A DNA stretch of 63,512 nucleotides, filler included, from Pelomyxa schiedti (GCA_020536535.1; 11 parts of 11 records of this genome joined end to end with filler, not necessarily neighbours in it), one strand, 5' to 3'; shown: positions 48,160-61,064, counted from the first letter of the whole stretch. Numbers and translations: made by a program. Notes: generated by a model from the sequence alone, not told the origin.

Positions 48160-50228
48160 CCTTCATACCTCTCCAAGGTGATGACTTCGGTCATTAGTAT
48201 CAAGATGACTGGTTGGCTCACAAATGGGCTTGTCTTGTGGAACAGAATAAAATTCCCCAGGTTTTTGCTGAATATCCCCCCGAACAGCACAGTACCCTTC
48301 TGGAGCTATTGCAGACTTTTGAAATCCTGTTCACTATGCCTGATATCTCCTTCTGGCTCCTTCCCTTCTCCCGGACCTTGCGCATTGCTCTTCTGAGGGT
48401 ACTGCAGAAGCGGCCTCATTTTGGACCGCACCTACTAATCCAAGCACAAAGGTCGTAATGAGCTTGAGGACTCAAGTTTCTCCCAGTTGGGTTTTTCTCA
48501 AGGTTGATGGTGATGGTGCTTGGCATTCCAGAAACTCTCTCTTTGTTATCGTGGAACGAAGGTCTCGTCATTGAGAATCTCAGCATGCAAGATTCAGCAT
48601 CATTTGTCATAAATCAGAAGTTGATTATGACACACGAGGCCAAGCAACACACAATCAACATTTGCATGCGAACTACAATTGAGGAGGCACCTCATTCATC
48701 TCCCGGATCTGAACCAACAGTCACAAGCGAAGAAGAAACACCACTATGGAAAAGCAAGAGCTTGTTACTTTATGTAACGACTTCGATCACTCAATTCATC
48801 GATTCCTATTATCATGACCTTGCAGCGAATGTGGATGTATCTTTCCCTTGCCCTCATTGCTTGCTTCACTTCCTGCGTATCGGCCAAATATCAACCTCGG
48901 GACCCCCTCCCTCAAAGCCGATTTTCAGCCTGCCACCCAACATCACATGTTTCCCACAAGGAGCTGTTCTTGACGCTGCGAAATGCGGGAAGAAATATCT
49001 TCGTTGCCCACCAGACAGCCAGACAGAGCAAGTTGACGTGAAACTTTCAGAAGTTGCACCAGACATACTCCTTGATCACTTGCCTGTGATTGATCCAAAT
49101 GTAATTGTGTTTCATTCCCAAACACTGGGCAAAGGTGGGTTTGGGCAAGTGTTGAGAGCAACATGGAAGGGCATTCCTGTGGCTGTAAAACAACTGTTGG
49201 GGGAACTCACATACCAATCCATTTCACAATTTATCTTCGAGACAACACTGTTGAATGCGGTATCTTCGCATCCCAATATTGTAAAGTTCTATGGTGTGTG
49301 CCAGCCCCCGCAACTGTTGCTGGTCATGGAACTTGTTGTTCCCATTGTTCCCCCAAGTATCATGAAAATTCTGGGAGACACAAAAATCAAGAAGCCTGAC
49401 CTGAGTGATCTCATCTGGGTGTGCCTTGAAAAAGCTGAAAACACCACCCGGCTTTTGGATCAAGTCATTCCCATGACCATGAGGGTGAATATTTTGAAAG
49501 ATGTTGCACGTGGCTTGGAACATTTGCACTCACAGACTCCTCCCATCGTTCACGGCGATTTCCGCACCGGTTTGTGTCTTCTTTAACTTCCGTGGCAGAG
49601 AGAGTATTAATATATCACACCACAGGGAACATTTTCATTTCCTCATTGGACGAAACTGGGCCAGGCCCTTGGGCAAAGGTTGACTCGCAACTCCTCTCCT
49701 TGTCCCACAAATCACTTAGCTATTTCACAGATTGCCGATTTCGGGCTGTCTCAGGTTCTGTATTCCGGAGCATCACAGTCCCAGATAAACACTCTTGGCA
49801 AGGCGTCAATGTTGGAAATCTATGCCCCCGAAGTTCTCAATGGTGAAAAGTATGACACGAAGGCTGATGTTTGGAGCTTTGGTAAATCCCACTTCTTCCC
49901 TTCATCATCCTGCAACTCTTACAACCAAAAAAATAAAACAAAACTTTGTTTTGCAGCAATGGTGGTATACAAGCTGCTGGATCCCATAAGTTCGCCGTTC
50001 AGCCACCTTGAAGCCGACCCCACATACTTCCGTGTTCACCGGAAGGCTATCATGATACCTACGCACATTTCGCTGGACCTGGCCCTTGGCAAGATACTCC
50101 CACAATTGCCAAGATCGCCGCCGGCACCGGAACTACCCAGTTGGGCCAAGACCATTTTGGAGAGTTGTTGGGTTCGCGATCCACGTGCCCGTCCCACAAT
50201 GACCCAGATACTCAGCATCGACTGGTAG
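48160..50228 (+). CDS. Roco-like TKL protein kinase (COR C-terminal part plus kinase domain), 5'-truncated
   Basis: GFFSRLMV and FPCPHC...YLRC region precedes LGKGGFGQV, VAVK, HPNIV, HGDFRT|GNIF, K|IADFGLS, YAPE, KADVWSF, CW..DP..RPTM. Confidence 0.88.
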
Positions 50229-51121
50229 TCCATGACCACTCTCTCAGTCACATCACTTGCGGAATTTATCTCTTTTTTAATGGACCAAAAACGCATCACT
50301 GGGGGGTGTCTGGTTTTGGGGGGGGAATTCACAATACCCCCCCCCCAAAACCGGAATACAGGGGGGGAGAATCACAATGCAAATTTATGTTAAAAACGTG
50401 TGTTTTAACAACAGTCGGTATGTGTTTTGAAGAAGGGTTTATTTTTTTCTTTCATTTTTTTTTTTTTTGTTTGGCCTTTATAAGACAAACGATTTTCCAA
50501 CCACAACAACACAAAAAAAAAACTAGGCCTTATGCTGCATGTGGCAATTACTTTGTGGCTAATACTTTGTGGCTTTTACTTTGATGAAACTCGGTGAGAC
50601 CACTCTTTGTCTCACTTTGTGGCAATTACTACCGGACCTCACCACCACAACATGTGGTGCGAACATAAAGGCTTTGTATCACTTCACTGACTGGGAGGAA
50701 GTTCTCAAAAGGGGCTGTTTGCCGTTGTGTTCTCTTTGACACTTGAGCCAGACTGTATATTTTCCGTTTGCTGCTCCCTGAGAGACCCAGCCAGGACCAA
50801 GAGGGCCTCAGTCGCACAACTTTGTCTGCTCCAGAGCACAAGGTTATTCTTTTTGGCTTTTTTCAAAGAAAAAAAACTTTTGATTGGGCGATTTCGGTTC
50901 GGTGGGGAGCGGAAGTGATCGGAAAGTGGTACAAATGTGGCTGCGGTGAAAAGCCTGTGAATGGTGTTTAATCGGCAACGAAATAACCACGAAGGTTGTG
51001 AGTGCATTCAACCACGAAGCTNNNNNNNNNNNNNNNNNNNNNNNNNNNNNNNNNNNNNNNNNNNNTTAATTAATTAANNNNNNNNNNNNNNNNNNNNNNN
51101 NNNNNNNNNNNNNNNNNNNNN

Positions 51122-52933
51122 ATCTGCATTGCAGAAAAAAGTGAGGAAAGGTTCCAGATCCTGAAACAACTTTTTGAAGAGAACCCAGTTCTTTACGAGG
51201 GGATTCTCGAACAGTTCAGCCGATCTTGGACTTCTGGATTCCTGAATGAACTCGTGTGTGAAGCAAGCACAGAGTTGTTCCGTGGGTCTTGTGTGGTGAG
51301 CTTTGTAACTGCAACCTCTTTGTCTCGTCGGAACTGCATGGCTCCACTGGTGAGCACGATGCTCCAGATGATGCTTTCCTCATTCGGACTCAATTCTGTG
51401 TTCAACATGTTGGAAAATCGCCATAAATGGAAATTGTTGGAGCTGGTCCACCGTGTTTACCGCACCATTCCAATCCCACAACTTGGCAAATCAGTGCTCA
51501 CCAATCCCAAGCAGCTGAATTGCACTGTGTTGAGGGCACATCCATTTCCACCTGAACTCCCTTTTTATGATTCAATTGCGCACCTTGTCAACACGCAGGT
51601 CATTCACGCGGCCAGAGAGATGCGCCACCACAAGCCCTCCCCCCAAGCTCTGCATGGGAAAGTGCTCGAGTCAATCAAGTCAAACAAGGTACTCGACGAA
51701 CTTCTTGAGAGCTTCTGGTGGAACCCACCTTTGTTCAACATGTTCAAACGGGACTTTGTGACCAGGTCACTGAAACTCTCCACCCTCCATACCTCAGAGT
51801 TCAAAAAGCTTTTGGGCTCCTACTCTGCTGATTTAGAGAACAGGTTGTATCGGTTCATGGAAATGATTTTCAATTGTATCCGGGCATTCAGGATAGCCCT
51901 TGTGGAAGACGTCCCTGAATTGTTTGTGATCAAGAGGTTCTTTGAACCGGAAATCTGTTATTTTAAGGCTCTTGTGACTCCTTTGCAGCTTCTTGATCCC
52001 GCTCTCACACCAGAGCAGTTTGACAGGTGCAGAAGGCCTCCAAGATTTGAGAAAAACCAACTTCAGGAGATGGTGAAGTGGCTCACCACCCTCACCACCG
52101 ACTTGCTGTGGGAGAGGTTGACACAGGAAATCGTTACAGGAGGGCCAAAGCTTGATTCCCATGCCACTGTGAATTGGGGCCAGGTTTACCGCCACTTCTC
52201 CAGCACTGCGAAGTCGAGGTACGAGGTGTCAACACATCTCCCAAACAGTCCTGAAACAACCCTGAAGCTTGATGCGATGCACGTCGTGTTTGTGTTCCTC
52301 TCCAATTACCGGGCAGAGGGTTTCAAGCCCACTTTCCCTTTCCTCACGCGGGCCCGTTCCTTGTCTCGGGTATTGGGGCAGTTTGTGTCAACTTCATACA
52401 CCCCAAGCACGCGGTTGAAATCTGGACTGCTCCTCGCCCTCAACCTTCTTCCTCCTGATCCCTCCAAGTCCTCTGACGAAGACATCCAGTCCATTGGTGG
52501 TGTTGTTGAATACCTGCTTCAGGAATCAGACAAGTCGATGCTTTCTAATGACTCCAAGTCAAATTTCTCTTGTTTCCTCCAAGTTCGTTTCCACCTGCAT
52601 TTCAATCTTCGATCTTATTCTCGTTTGTCTGTATTCTCAGATTTGCAATGACTCACTTGATGACTTTGTCAACAATCCCGTTTTGAGGGGCTATTGCAAA
52701 AAACTCACTGGGAACATTGGATGGGTTGCCAACTTTATTTTTTCATGGCTTGAACCAAAACCGAGTTCTCGGGTTTCTGAAATACTTCAGCTCACATCTG
52801 ATGTATGGACTTCTTCAAATGTCAAATTGGCTAACCTCTTCCCTTTTTTATGTGCACCACTTGTCCGTTGCTTTCACCAACATTCTGAACAGTTGATAGC
52901 CGACACGAAACCTTCCTTTTCTGCAGAAACTTA
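51122..52933 (+). CDS. Internal fragment of a very large helical protein, tentatively RNF213/mysterin-like
   Basis: Frame open from the contig start for ~490 codons, one intron ~52585-52640, then open to the contig end. The ELPF..I and F..DFV spacing recalls the post-AAA region of RNF213; family call is weak. Confidence 0.45.
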
Positions 52934-53033
52934 NNNNNNNNNNNNNNNNNNNNNNNNNNNNNNNNNNNNNNNNNNNNTTAATTAATTAANNNNNNNNNNN
53001 NNNNNNNNNNNNNNNNNNNNNNNNNNNNNNNNN

Positions 53034-53417
53034 TTGGGTCTGATTTTGATGATATTGTGGTGGCGGCGGTGGAGGCACGTGGGTAAAAGGGGGAGGCTGT
53101 ACCTGTGAATTATGGGACTGATGTTGTTGTTGTGGCCTCGGGACCGACCCACTCGCGTTTGGTGTTGATCCCACAATCCCGACCTGCGCGTTTGCGGCGG
53201 TTCCCGACGTCGAGACCACGGCGGCCATGCTCGCCTGCGGCTGCTGCTGCGCGCCGGGCTGTGTGGGCGCCGCCACGGCCGGTGCCGCGCCCAAGTTATG
53301 GGACATGCGCTGCTGCTGGAGTAGCCACATCACTGCTTGGTGCTGCCTGTCCTCCCAACCCCCGACGTCGCTCGATCCCACGCCCGACGACGAGGACGGC
53401 GACGGCGTCGCTGCCAT
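53034..53417 (-). CDS. 5' end of Gln/Pro/Ala-rich hypothetical protein, runs off contig
   Basis: GC-rich ORF starting MAATPSPSSSSG, open to the contig edge. Confidence 0.5.
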
Positions 53418-53612
53418 CTTCCACTCTCGTTACTTTTTTTGTTATTACGGAAACGGTGATTGTACGTAAAATGAGGATTCATCACGAGCAGATCAGAAAA
53501 AGTGATTGAGATGATGAGGATTGGGGGTTTTTTTATTGTACTTTTGGGACAAGTCCACTGGAGGACTTGGTGCCATTAAAATTTACTCCAAAGGTATTTA
53601 CATGGAGCGCAA

Positions 53613-54463
53613 TTAGGAGCGTAACTTATTTGCAATCCAGTCCATTCCTAATTCCAGACTAAAAGAATGTTTAGGTGGGAAGTGATTAATTGGTGTAAAT
53701 GAGTACACACCCTTCACCAGTGAGAGCGCAACACGACTAAATAGATGTAAGTGATTATTTTTACATTCGGCTTGTGGATAACCTGTATGTGCCAGTCATG
53801 GTCTTTGATATTGTGTAGTTCTAATTCGTCGGAAATTTCGGCAGCTGACATAGCTCCTTTGATATCTCTTTTGTTGGCAAAAACTAATAAGAATGCACTT
53901 CTGAGATGCTACTTGTTTGAGTAAGGTTTAAAATAAGTAACGGTCAAAAGAAAGGTAAACTTGCCTCATGGCTAAGCAGTTTTGCAAGTTCCATTTTCAC
54001 TGTGGGCATTCTACTTCTGTCACTGCTATCTACTACAAGGACAACTGCCTGTTAATTTAATTTGGTTTCGTTAGTCAATGAATAGGACGAAGGAGGGCTT
54101 ACACTCGAGTTCATATAGTAAGTACACCACGCGTCCCTCATCATGTCACCCCCGCTGAGGTCCCAAATAATCATACGGACGTTCTTGTATACAAGTTCTT
54201 CTACATTACTTCCCACCGTAGGTGACGTAGCAACGACCTCATTTAGCAAACTAAACATAAGTACGAATGAAAAAAGAAAACAAATGCTTCATTTTTCGAG
54301 TGAGCGAAGTGAATACAATGTACACGGTTGGTGAAAAAGGAAAAAAGACCTACAGCTTATATACAATTGTCGTCTTTCCGGCACTAGCCAACCCAACAAC
54401 AACGACTTTGAACTCGGGAACAGAAAACATACGAGCCCACAGCTTCGCGAACACCGACCCCAT
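53613..54463 (-). CDS. ARL5: ARL5-like Arf-family small GTPase, multi-exon
   Basis: MGSVFAKLW (myristoylation-type start), [48 protein letters not shown]|SCCALTGEG|L..GMDWI. Confidence 0.9.
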
Positions 54464-54595
54464 CTCTCGCCTTCGTCTTTTTTTTTCTTTTGATCTGTTT
54501 TGTTGGTTGTGCTTTTCGCGATCTGGCAGGGAACTGGCTTCACTTTCGGCGCAACGCCGAAATCACAAGGCAACGAAACAAAGGAGACGGTGAAT

Positions 54596-55605
54596 ATGGG
54601 CGACGTTATCACCCTGCAGTTTGGCCACTATTCCAATTTCATTGGCACACATTTTTGGAATCTGCAGGTTCGTGGTGTGCCGCGGGGGAGGTTTTGTGGG
54701 TGCTCGTGTTATCTACAAAACTCAACATTGTGGGATTTCAAAAAGGACTCGAACGAATTTGCTACAAACCCTAGTGTTGATAGCAATATATTGTTTAAAA
54801 CTGGATATTCTGAAGTTACGAGGCAACAGACTTTTACTCCTCGTTTGTTGTTGTTTGATAAGAGCGGTATTCTTGTAAACTTTTTCCCTTTTCTTTTCTT
54901 TACTTGTTTACACTACGAGCTTCTTCCCTTTTTTTGTTAAAAACAATGGAGTTGTTGTAAACAAAACAGAAGGTAGTATTTATTTTTAAAATTATGACAA
55001 TAGGAAGTTTGGGATCATTGAATTCACAGGGATATCTGTACAGTACCCCTGCTCCTACCGAAGAACTACCCACGAAGCTTTCCACTTGGTTAGGAAGAAT
55101 CCTAAGTAATTAACAAAGTGAATCAAATTCAGAAATAGATGGGACATAATCTAACCTTCGAGAAAAGGAATGGTGGAGTGTCACCATGTGTATCTGACCC
55201 TGTTGAGAAGAATCCATTTCTCAAGTACTTGGATTCCCAAGCACTGAGCAACACAGTTTGTGATAGCACTTATACTTTAAAGAATAACTTTCTTCCCACT
55301 GTAGGAGCCCTCGGATCCAACTGATAATGGTACAGTGAATTTGTGAGTATTTTTTCTGTGGATAATGGCCACAGATGCACTGGAGACGCCAGCACTCGAG
55401 CCTTTACCCGTATTTTCGTTAGAAAGTTCAGTGAACGTCTGGTCTGATTTTCTCAAAATTGACATACACCCGAAGTCCGTTTTCCTACTGCCTGGTGTTC
55501 ACCATGAGATAGACGCATTTGACACCTTCAACTCTGGTTCAATAACCTTCTCTGGTGAATTGAATGTGTGCTCTGCCTAATCGAACAGCATCTAAACTGA
55601 ATGAG
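54596..55605 (+). CDS. MSTO1: Misato/DML1 tubulin-like protein, 3' part lost in gap
   Basis: MGDVITLQFGHYSNFIGTHFWNLQ, TFTPRLLLFDKSG|SLGSL...G.LY, VNVWSDFL...HPKS. Confidence 0.9.
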
Positions 55606-55705
55606 NNNNNNNNNNNNNNNNNNNNNNNNNNNNNNNNNNNNNNNNNNNNNNNNNNNNNNNNNNNNNNNNNNNNNNNNNNNNNNNNNNNNNNNNNNNNNNN
55701 NNNNN

Positions 55706-56256
55706 GAGTAAGGTTTAAAATAAGTAACGGTCAAAAGAAAGGTAAACTTGCCTCATGGCTAAGCAGTTTTGCAAGTTCCATTTTCACTGTGGGCATTCTA
55801 CTTCTGTCACTGCTATCTACTACAAGAACAACTGCCTGTTAATTTAATTTGGTTTCGTTAGTCAATGAATAGGACTAAGGAGGGCTTACACTCGAGTTCA
55901 TATAGTAAGTACACCACGCGTCCCTCATCATGTCACCACCGCTGAGGTCCCAAATAATCATACGTACGTTCTTGTATACAAGTTCTTCTACATTACTTCC
56001 CACCGTAGGTGACGTAGCAACGACCTCATTTAGCAAACTGAACATAAGTACGAATGAAAAAAGAAACGAATGCGCCATTTTTCGAGTGAGCGAAGTGAAT
56101 ACGATGTACACAATGATACGGTTGGTGAAAAAGAAAAAAGACCTACAGCTTATATACAATTGTCGTCTTTCCGGCACTAGCCAACCCAACAACAACGACT
56201 TTGAACTCGGGAACAGAAAACATACGAGCCCACAGCTTCGCGAACACGGACCCCAT
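55706..56256 (-). CDS. ARL5: Second (partial) copy of ARL5-like gene; probable alternative haplotype
   Basis: Near-identical to 53919-54463, directly after a 100-N gap. Confidence 0.8.
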
Positions 56257-56377
56257 CTGTCGCCTTCGTCTTTTTTTTTTCTTTTGATCTGTTTTGTTGG
56301 TTGTGCTTTTCGCGATCATGCTTCCTTTCGGCGCAACGCCGAAATCACAAGACAACTAAACAAAGGAGACGGTGAAT

Positions 56378-56499
56378 ATGGGCGACGTTATCACCCTGCA
56401 GTTTGGCCACTATTCCAATTTCATTGGCACCCATTTTTGGAATCTGCAGGTTCGTAGTGTGCAGCGGGGGAGGTTTTGTGGGTGCTCGTGTTATCTCTT
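56378..56499 (+). CDS. MSTO1: Second copy of Misato exon 1
   Basis: Identical peptide MGDVITLQFGHYSNFIGTHFWNLQ. Confidence 0.75.
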
Positions 56500-56599
56500 N
56501 NNNNNNNNNNNNNNNNNNNNNNNNNNNNNNNNNNNNNNNNNNNTTAATTAATTAANNNNNNNNNNNNNNNNNNNNNNNNNNNNNNNNNNNNNNNNNNNN

Positions 56600-58228
56600 A
56601 TGACTTCAAGGGCAGTGCCCTGGCCAAGTGTCAGCTAGTCGCCACACTGCATGGCCTCACCCAGTATTTGGTTCTGGAGGATGGTGCCTCGGCAATTACG
56701 CAAGCCAGAAGAAAGATCATCATCCCCCACAGAGGTTTTTGTTTTTTGTTTCTCTCACCCTTTTCTTGGCTCACCCTTGCTCAGAGATACAGAAAACAAG
56801 GGATTCCCTCTGGGCCCAAGACGTCGAGCTGAAGAGCACCACACTGTTCAAACCACCTTATTTTACATTCGAGGTGGATGAAGCCTTGGGGTGCTTGAAG
56901 CCTGAAACCACTGCTGGCAGCCTGTTCCTGGCGCATCTGTACAACAAGACCTCACATGGCACTGACCATTTGACTCAGATGTCTGGGTTTGACACCTGTG
57001 CTGGTAAGTGTTCCAATCCCCCAAGTACACAGGCCATTCAACAATTTTTTAGGGCTTCTGCAGAGCTGCTGGCAGAACTCTCCCTTCAGTGAGGTGGAGA
57101 TGTCTATCATTTACAGATTCCTTGAGGTTGGTGAAGATGGAATATTGCCTGGGAGCGAATATCAGCAAGGTGATGACAAGAACCCATATTTGAGATTTCA
57201 AAGAGAAAAACACCGCAATGAAGTTGCCAACTTGCTGAGGGTTCTATTCCTGGTGACAGAAAGCCTCTCAGTGCAGTTCCTTTTTACAGCTCCACAGCAA
57301 GCACAGCACCTGAAAGACTGTAAAAAAAGGAAGAACAAAATCTTTAAAGAATCCTTTGGAGTGGTTTTTGGCTGCTACCTGTCAGTGCGAGAGAGAGTCA
57401 GCCCAAAATGCAGACTTAGTGTGAATGAAGAGTTAACACTCTTGAATGAATACAAAGAAGTTGTTGATCCCAGAAAAGGCATTGAAACTCACTTGCGGCA
57501 ATACCGAGACTATTTGCTTTCTTCTGTGGGCACCGTGTTGAACTATAGCAGCTGCCAGCCTTTGTCAAATTACAAAGGAACTGAAGAAAAGATTATTATG
57601 AACTCGACATACCCTGACTGCAGAGTGTGTTTTTCTGAGTATATTAAACAACGTGACACCACAACGATGCACGTGCTTGAATTTCCCCCAGAACCAGAGT
57701 GGGAGAGTGGAAAAGGCTGGGAGTTCCGTTTTTTTGAGCACCTAATCTCCCTCTATATGCAAGCAGGATCCACACACAACCCTGAGAAATTTGGGTACCT
57801 CTTGGCTCGGCTATCACAGGAATATCGGCGATATGCCGGGTGTCATGCACCACAATTCATCTTTTGGGTTTTGAATATAGTGTCAACAAACCAAGAGAAA
57901 TTCATGGATCTCCCCGTACCAGCATTTCTTTTGACCCCAGCGAAAAGACTGATTGACATACCTTTGTATTTGTCGTCTCAGTATCTCACACTAAAAGTTG
58001 GGGACCTGCCGCAAAGTGAAGGTACCCCAACAATCGAGAAAGACAAGATCTGGCAGAAACTTCAAGGTTTTGCAATTGATGGCAAGGGGTGCACAACCAT
58101 TGATCCGGTGACGTTGGCCACCGCAGGGTTTCTGCAGAAGCTCTCGGACCACCTGCGACTTCCATCCAACCTGAGAACCGTGAACACCAAAATCCAGGAA
58201 CTCTTGGTGAGCCGGGCCAGAAACAACG
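56600..58228 (+). CDS. Internal fragment of a giant DUF3638/DUF3645-type protein
   Basis: GSLFLAHLYNKTSHGTDHLTQMSGFDTCA|GLLQSCWQNSPFS resembles the 'L.LA.LHA.TS...D.LT..TG.E.A...L.S' block of these proteins; frame open to the contig end. Confidence 0.55.
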
Positions 58229-58442
58229 NNNNNNNNNNNNNNNNNNNNNNNNNNNNNNNNNNNNNNNNNNNNTTAATTAATTAANNNNNNNNNNNNNNNN
58301 NNNNNNNNNNNNNNNNNNNNNNNNNNNNAAAACCAAAAGCAGTAAGTGAACAAGCACACGTGTACAAAAAAAAAAAAAAAAACAAAGTCAAACTTGGTAG
58401 TAGGTAGCAGATGCACCATGGAGTACAATAGCTGGTCCGTAT

Positions 58443-59030
58443 TCATACTGCGTACCCGACGTCAGTCCCTCGAACCCGGCCGCCGACGACGACACCGTGA
58501 CTTGGTCTCCACTCACGCGCACCACGGCACCAATAACTGCTGCCACTACTACTACGGCACCTTTTTGGTTGACTCTGTGTCATTAAGCAATATGGACCAC
58601 ACCAACCTAGAATTGTAGTAGCGCCAACATTGATCCTCATCGTTGTTTTATCGCAATCGGTGATCGCTGATGTTCAAGGAAATCAAATACCATATCAAAA
58701 AGGCACAGTCTCAAACATCTCAGTGTGAGTCTCATCGGAGATGACTGAAGTGGCACAACCAACAGTGTCAACCACAACCCAGCAGACAGTGGGAACCAAC
58801 TCCAGACTGATAACATTATTTCCCCAAAAATCATTGAGTGGCTGTGTGTTGAAAGAAGTTGTTCTGTCAACAAAACAACACACAAGCTGAATTCAAAAAC
58901 CCACTTTTCCTGAGGAAAGACTGAGAACAAGTTGGTTTTCATAACGAGGCGTTGGAGCCCAAAAGGCTGGAACAGTTGCAATTTCATTTGTACCAAGTAG
59001 GTTTGAAATGTGGATACGGATGAGCGTTGG
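58443..59030 (-). pseudogene. Decayed beta-rich orphan-family-like remnant
   Basis: Coding-like segments (CWVVVDTVGCATSVISD, MRINVGATTILGW) interrupted by stops. Confidence 0.25.
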
Positions 59031-59089
59031 CCTTTGCAAGAAAAAAAAATTCAAACAGCAAATTGACATTGTGACGTAGTTGCCCAGAG

Positions 59090-61064
59090 ATGAAGTGGAG
59101 GACTCTTTTGACTGAGGAATGGATGCCGTGCTACATTGGACTCACGGCGTGGGCTTTGATCACCGTAGTGGCCGTCTTCGCTCCCATAAGTGTGGTGGGG
59201 GTGACGCTGACGCCCCCGCCGGGGTCCACACTTCGGAACCTTTTCGCGTGGCTACGGGCACCCATAAGTGTGGTGGGGGTGCTTTGCGTGGGCGGCTTCG
59301 TAGTCGGCAGTTTGACGTTTGCCCGGCTCGTCACCGCTAAGGTCCAAGCTGAAGACGGGGAATACAAGACCCTGAGGACTTATTCTTTTGGGCTTGTGGT
59401 GGTTTTTACTTTGGCTACTTGTAGTGCTATATTGGGAGCTTGGACTGGCTTTTACGGGTTTGCTTCTTTGTATTTTTTATTTTTTCACTGTTTTTCCTTA
59501 TTGTGGTTAATTATGTTCCATTCCTAACACAGGGTTTGGCCGGAGTCCCCAGTGTGGTCACTACTATGTGGAGTTGTGATTGTTAATTTGTGTGGAGATC
59601 GTCTTCCACCCTTTTTGAAATTGGTTTCACTGAAAGAAGATTTCTTTATCAAGGTCTTGTTGCAAGGGCCTGTGCTCCCTCTTTAACTCTCATCAGTGTG
59701 GGCTTGTTCTCATGGCCGTTTACTTTCCGTCATTATTACAGTTGGGTTTGCCAGGTGCATTACACTGCTATTGGTGTGGCACTCATCACCTGTAGGGATT
59801 GTTGTTAGCTGGCCCGTGACACTAGCCGTTCTTTCCTTGACTTGGTTTGTATCCACACTTCCCTTTTTCCGTCCTGTTAGACCACCTCTGAGCATGTGCA
59901 TGTCTTGTGGTATGTGGTGTCAGGTCTAATGCATTATTCACGCCAGCAGGTGTTGCTGTTTGTGGAAATAGTGCGGTTGTCGCTGTAACCCCTGTGGTAA
60001 AAGCCAGTAAGCTTGATACGACACTCATTATCTCCATTCTCACACTTGGGAGTCTCCCTATGATGATTCTCTTACCGTGTGTAAAACGCATTTCTTTGCT
60101 AGCTGATAAATATGAAGTCCTTTTTGCAAGTTGGTCCACATGTCAGAACGAGTGGCTGGAGCATGGTTTGGTGGCTCCCTCGATGTTACATGGGCTGTTT
60201 ATGCAGCTTCACATAGTATTAGCAATGAATGTCACGAGGTTGCAAGCGTAGTGAAGATGATACAAAACAGCCTTATTGGTGTGACTTTTCCCCAACAACT
60301 TTCCCTCACTGAATCTTCATAAAGGATTTATCACTGCATCTGTGTCTATTTATTGGATTTGGACTGGTAGAGATGAGAAACCCAATTCAGAACAGGAAAG
60401 AAATTCAGATGCCACAGAAAAATCCCCCCTGATAACACCCAGAGGGCAGATATCCTTTCGACAGTTTGTTCAGAAGTTATGGGTTGGCTTTCCAAAATTC
60501 CTGTTTGGATTTTTGATCATTTCTTTACTTGTATCTTATGTGGAGCCACCTGTTTTGAGTACGCAACCACTTCACATAATACATCCCTTTTTCCTAACNN
60601 NNNNNNNNNNNNNNNNNNNNNNNNNNNNNNNNNNNNNNNNNNNNNNNNNNNNNNNNNNNNNNNNNNNNNNNNNNNNNNNNNNNNNNNNNNNNNNNNNNAA
60701 TTCCTGTTTGGATTTTTGATCATTTCTTTACTTGTATCTTATGTGGAGCCACCTGTTTTGAGTACGCAACCACTTCACATAATACATCCCTTTTTCCTAA
60801 CCACTCTGCAAAATAGTGTTTAACAAAGACCTTGTCATTTGGGCAAGAAACTCTATTAAACAGATGTGCTCATGGTTTTTCCTATGTGCCTTTGTGGCAA
60901 TTGGGCTCAGCTGTGATAAATCAAAAATGAGCAGCCAATGCAAGTCAGGCCGCCTTGTTCTGCTCTATTTAATTGGCTCCACCTTTGATTATCTCTTGAC
61001 ATTTGTGGTTGCTTACCTCATGTTCTCTGGGATGTTTGTATCTGTACCAACACTTGTCCCTTAG
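59090..61064 (+). CDS. YeiH/UPF0324 family putative sulfate exporter, intron-containing
   Basis: L.EEW, WSLLCGVVIVN, EDFFIK|CGLVL, G|VAVCGNSA, VAGAWFGGSLDVT, ASVVKMIQNSLIG, W..FPKFLFGF, WFFLCAFVAIGL. Confidence 0.85.
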
